From: Octopus sinensis
Lineage: Eukaryota
Direction: 5' to 3'
Assembly (NCBI RefSeq): GCF_006345805.1
Contig: NW_021826629.1
Coordinates: forward strand, 1-12,304
Length of the DNA: 12,304 nucleotides
Shown here: positions 9,380 to 12,304 of the stretch, piece by piece
Layout: each line of letters starts with the position of its first letter
Position numbering within the stretch: the stretch's first letter is position 1
Made by a program: the position numbers and the translations under genes
The notes under the pieces: generated by a model
The model's input: the letters and a program-made list of their open reading frames with translations, nothing else
Database searches by the model: none
Told to the model about the DNA's origin: nothing

Positions 9380-9620
9380 TTATATGTATATATACGTGTG
9401 TGTGTGTATAAATATATACATATTCCTACGCATACACACACACACACCCATATATATATATCTGCATATATATATATATATATGTGTATGTATGTATATA
9501 TCAATACATATATATACGCACAGACACACACAGACATCTTTGTGTGTGTATGTATGTATATATATATGAGTATTCATCTTGTATGTGTGTGCGTATACGC
9601 TTGTGTGTGTGTGTGTGAGT
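9380..9620. repeat. Mixed (TA)/(TG)/(CA) low-complexity tract
   Basis: Seen directly; source of four spurious ORFs. Confidence 0.92.
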
Positions 9621-9846
9621 GTCTTTTAGTCTTGACATCTGTGTGATAGTTGTAAATGAGTGCCACTGTCATATAAGCAGTGTCTCTTTTTTCCAACATT
9701 CTGCAGGAACATGTTTAGTTCTTGGCAAATGTTAGCTTCCTTGGAAAGAAGAGGAGAAGGTTGGCGATAGGGAGAGCATCCAGCTGCGGAAAATCTGCCT
9801 CAAGAAAATCTATCTGAGCCAAGCAAGTATGACGATGTTGATGATC
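9620..9846 (+). mobile_element. Decayed SINE 3' portion with (GAT)n-like tail
   Basis: Contains ggttggcgatagggagagcatccagctgcggaaaatctgcctcaa, close to a recalled octopus SINE motif (ggttggcgacaggaagggcatcc...agaaaatctgcctcaa). Ends gacgatgttgatgat. Confidence 0.55.
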
Positions 9847-9847
9847 T

Positions 9848-10074
9848 GTATATATATACATATATATATATAATATATATATATATACAATATATATAAT
9901 AATATATATATATATATAATAATATATATATATATATATATATACATATGTATGTATGTATGTATATAATATATATATATATAGTTAGATTGATAGATAG
10001 ATAGACAGATAGACAGAGAGAGAGCTAGAGAGACAGACAGACAGGCAGACAGCTAGACAGACAGGCAGACAGCC

Positions 10075-10157
<83 letters not shown>

Positions 10158-10165
10158 GAGATAGA
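9848..10165. repeat. (TA)n followed by (GATA)n/(GACA)n microsatellites
   Basis: Seen directly; source of ORFs 9985..10284 and 10053..10253. Confidence 0.96.
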
Positions 10166-10204
10166 TAGAAAGAAAGAAATAGGTAGACACACACATCCAT
10201 ATAT

Positions 10205-10398
10205 ACATGGCTGTAGTGTAAGGAGCTTTTTTCCCAGCCAAATACGGTTCCACGTTGAATCCCTCTGCAGGGAAACTCAGGCAAGTATATTCTACCCTTA
10301 CCTAGGGCTGAACAAAATCTTGTTAGTGGATTTGGTAAATGAAAACTGAAAGAAGCTTCATAACAGGTGTGTGTCTATGTGTGTGCCTATGTATGTGT

Positions 10399-10440
<42 letters not shown>

Positions 10441-10566
10441 TGGTTCAGCAAAGAGGCTGAGAGGGTAAGTGATACGCTTAAAATAATAAAAGTACTGGGA
10501 TCGATACATTTGACTAAAAATTGAAGGTGATGCCCCAGCATGACCGCAGTCAAATGCCTGAAACAA

Positions 10567-10570
<4 letters not shown>
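10205..10570 (+). mobile_element. Decayed tRNA-derived SINE with internal (TG)n
   Basis: A-box-like TGGCTGTAGTG and a degenerate B-box region (gttgaatccc), then gtggatttggtaaatgaaaactgaaagaagc, (TG)n at ~10365-10438, and a 3' part ...ccagcatgaccgcagtcaaatgcctgaaaca. Matches a recalled octopus SINE layout. Confidence 0.65.
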
Positions 10571-10609
<39 letters not shown>

Positions 10610-10620
10610 CATATATACAC
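10571..10620. repeat. (TA)n microsatellite
   Basis: Seen directly. Confidence 0.95.
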
Positions 10621-10894
10621 ATGATGTCTGTTATATTTTGGTTCATCTCGTAATGACGTAGTTTCATTTGACCATTAAAGATATTATTATCAGTGGTGGT
10701 GGTCAGTTGGACTGTCAACACCGCTAATATCAACATCAACATGATCAATATACAATTCCTCCACAAACACAAGGGTTTTGTAGTACATGTGATTAAATCC
10801 ATCCCCATTATTTCACTGGTACATTGGTAATATTTATATTATACAGATCAATAAAATGCTGGAGAGTGTATATAATATATATTTATTAACTAAC

Positions 10895-10931
10895 CTGCTT
10901 CAGCATCGCACACACCACTTTATATTTTCGC
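10895..10931 (-). CDS. mib-like: Mind bomb-like protein, 37-nt exon B (ankyrin helix 2)
   Basis: Pyrimidine-rich acceptor ttacttatccattactttcag| and donor |gttagt. Phase 2 to 0 exactly bridges exons A and C. Encodes (R)RKYKVVCAMLKQ, completing the ankyrin repeat begun in exon A. Confidence 0.85.
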
Positions 10932-11254
10932 CTGAAAGTAATGGATAAGTAAAGAAAAACATGAAAAGAACAAACATCACACAGCTTGAGATAATAGTTA
11001 TTAGGTCATTAAAGAAAACAAATGTAATTAGGTCACAATAACTTAATTACAGCAATTATTACACACATACTCACACACACATATATTTATTCAATACACA
11101 CTCTACACAATAGAACAATGATATATACACACCTGAGTAAACCCAGAAATGTAAAGACAGGAAAAATACTGCTAAGAATTCTCACAGCTCATATAAACAT
11201 GAAATTTAGGAAGGAAAGAAGGGCTACAGGTAATCCTATGAACCCAAGTACATG

Positions 11255-11340
11255 ACTGGTATTGTATTTTATCAACCTTGCAAAGATGGAAGAAGTTGAC
11301 CTTGGCAGGATTTGAACTCTGAACGTAAAGAGTCGTAAAT
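11255..11340 (-). mobile_element. Old fragment of the same SINE family as 1508-1762
   Basis: actggtattgtattttatcaacc...gttgaccttggcaggatttgaactctgaacgtaa aligns by eye to 1580-1675 (actggtactttatttatcgacc...gtcgaccccggcggaaattgaactcagaacgtaa). Confidence 0.7.
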
Positions 11341-11432
11341 AAAATAACACAATTTATTTTCTCTAAAAGTAATAAGAAACAAGAACTGGAGAAAAGAAGG
11401 AAGACAGTTTATTAAAGGAACCCCTGGGTATT

Positions 11433-11527
11433 ACTGGTACAGATTATATTGACCCCAGAGTGATAGTAAATATTCTGGTAGGATTTGAACATGGAACATA
11501 AAAGAGACAAATGTAAATACTGTAAGG
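11433..11527 (-). mobile_element. Second, more decayed fragment of the same SINE family
   Basis: actggtacagattatattgacccc...ggatttgaacatggaacataaa keeps the actggtac, gacccc and gatttgaac landmarks in order. Confidence 0.5.
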
Positions 11528-11578
11528 GGATGATTCTGTATGTAGCCCAGGGTTTGAGTAAATAGGGAAACTACAAAG

Positions 11579-11618
11579 GAGAGAGAGTGAGGAAGAAAGA
11601 GAGAGAGAGAGAGAGAGA
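11579..11618. repeat. (GA)n microsatellite
   Basis: Seen directly. Confidence 0.9.
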
Positions 11619-11896
11619 AGTAGTTCTAGATGGGATGAAAGGAAGAAGAGAGAGGATTTGAACCTGTGACGTTGAGGAAATGGAGAACGAGATGAAGTAA
11701 AGTGTCCAGTCAGGCAACAACAATAACAATTATGGTGATGATTAATTAATAAAGTAGATTACAGTGCGAAAGAGAGAAGAAAGACAATGACCCCATGGTG
11801 GGATTATGACATGAATGACTGAATGAAAAAGAAACAAACATTATTGAAAACATAAAAGAAACAGATTTGGATATTCCAGATCCAATGGGGACTTAC

Positions 11897-12051
11897 CTCC
11901 GAACTGCCACATGCAGTGGTGTTTCTCCCTTTTCGTCCACCACATTGGCATCGATGCCATTGTGACCCAACAAAAGATCGACAGTCTGCAAGTGTCCCCT
12001 AAAACAGGCCCGGTGCAGCGGTGTTTGACCATATTCATCTCGAGGATTAAC
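11897..12051 (-). CDS. mib-like: Mind bomb-like ankyrin/RING protein, internal exon A (ankyrin repeats); upstream exons lie beyond the right edge
   Basis: Acceptor ...ctttatcag| and donor |gtaagt. 155 nt, phase 0 to 2. Translates VNPRDEYGQTPLHRACFRGHLQTVDLLLGHNGIDANVVDEKGETPLHVAVR(R), with two canonical G-x-TPLH ankyrin motifs. The supplied ORF 11841..12038 is the wrong frame of this exon. Confidence 0.93.
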
Positions 12052-12304
12052 CTGATAAAGAAAAGAATAAAAACATTAAAAATGGCGTCTGAAAGGGGAG
12101 TCGGGTGGTGAAGAATTAAAAGAAAAACTCACAGAAAAAGAAAAGAGAAGGAATGAAATTAATTAAACAGGTGGAATGATTGGGGTGGGGAGTAGGTAAT
12201 GCAGATTCTATTGTATATACACACACGTGTATACACTCCTACATATGTGCATATAAATATATTTATACACACACACACACACCATATATATAGGATGAAT
12301 AACT

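Overview
This is AT-rich, microsatellite-dense animal genomic DNA, not prokaryotic. The SINE/LINE repertoire looks like octopus or another coleoid cephalopod (inference from recalled repeat motifs, not a database hit). The window holds the 3' part of one minus-strand spliced gene: five phase-compatible GT-AG exons (12051-11897, 10931-10895, 7238-7029, 6406-6231, 2951-2812). They encode ankyrin repeats followed by a single RING finger, a Mind bomb (MIB)-like E3 ligase paralogue. The RING resembles MIB RING1, and no RING2/RING3 exon is visible. Introns and flank are filled with retroelement debris (RTE-like and CR1-group LINE fragments, tRNA-derived SINEs), a MITE-like inverted-repeat element and many simple repeats. 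The most unusual structure is a ~1.2 kb intronic fold-back: two ~472-bp arms, ~99% identical, made of an (AAT)n tract plus a decayed LINE 3' end, facing each other across a ~266-bp spacer. Most ORFs in the supplied track are microsatellite or antisense artefacts. I see no CRISPR, rRNA or tRNA genes, and no clearly new multi-gene system.
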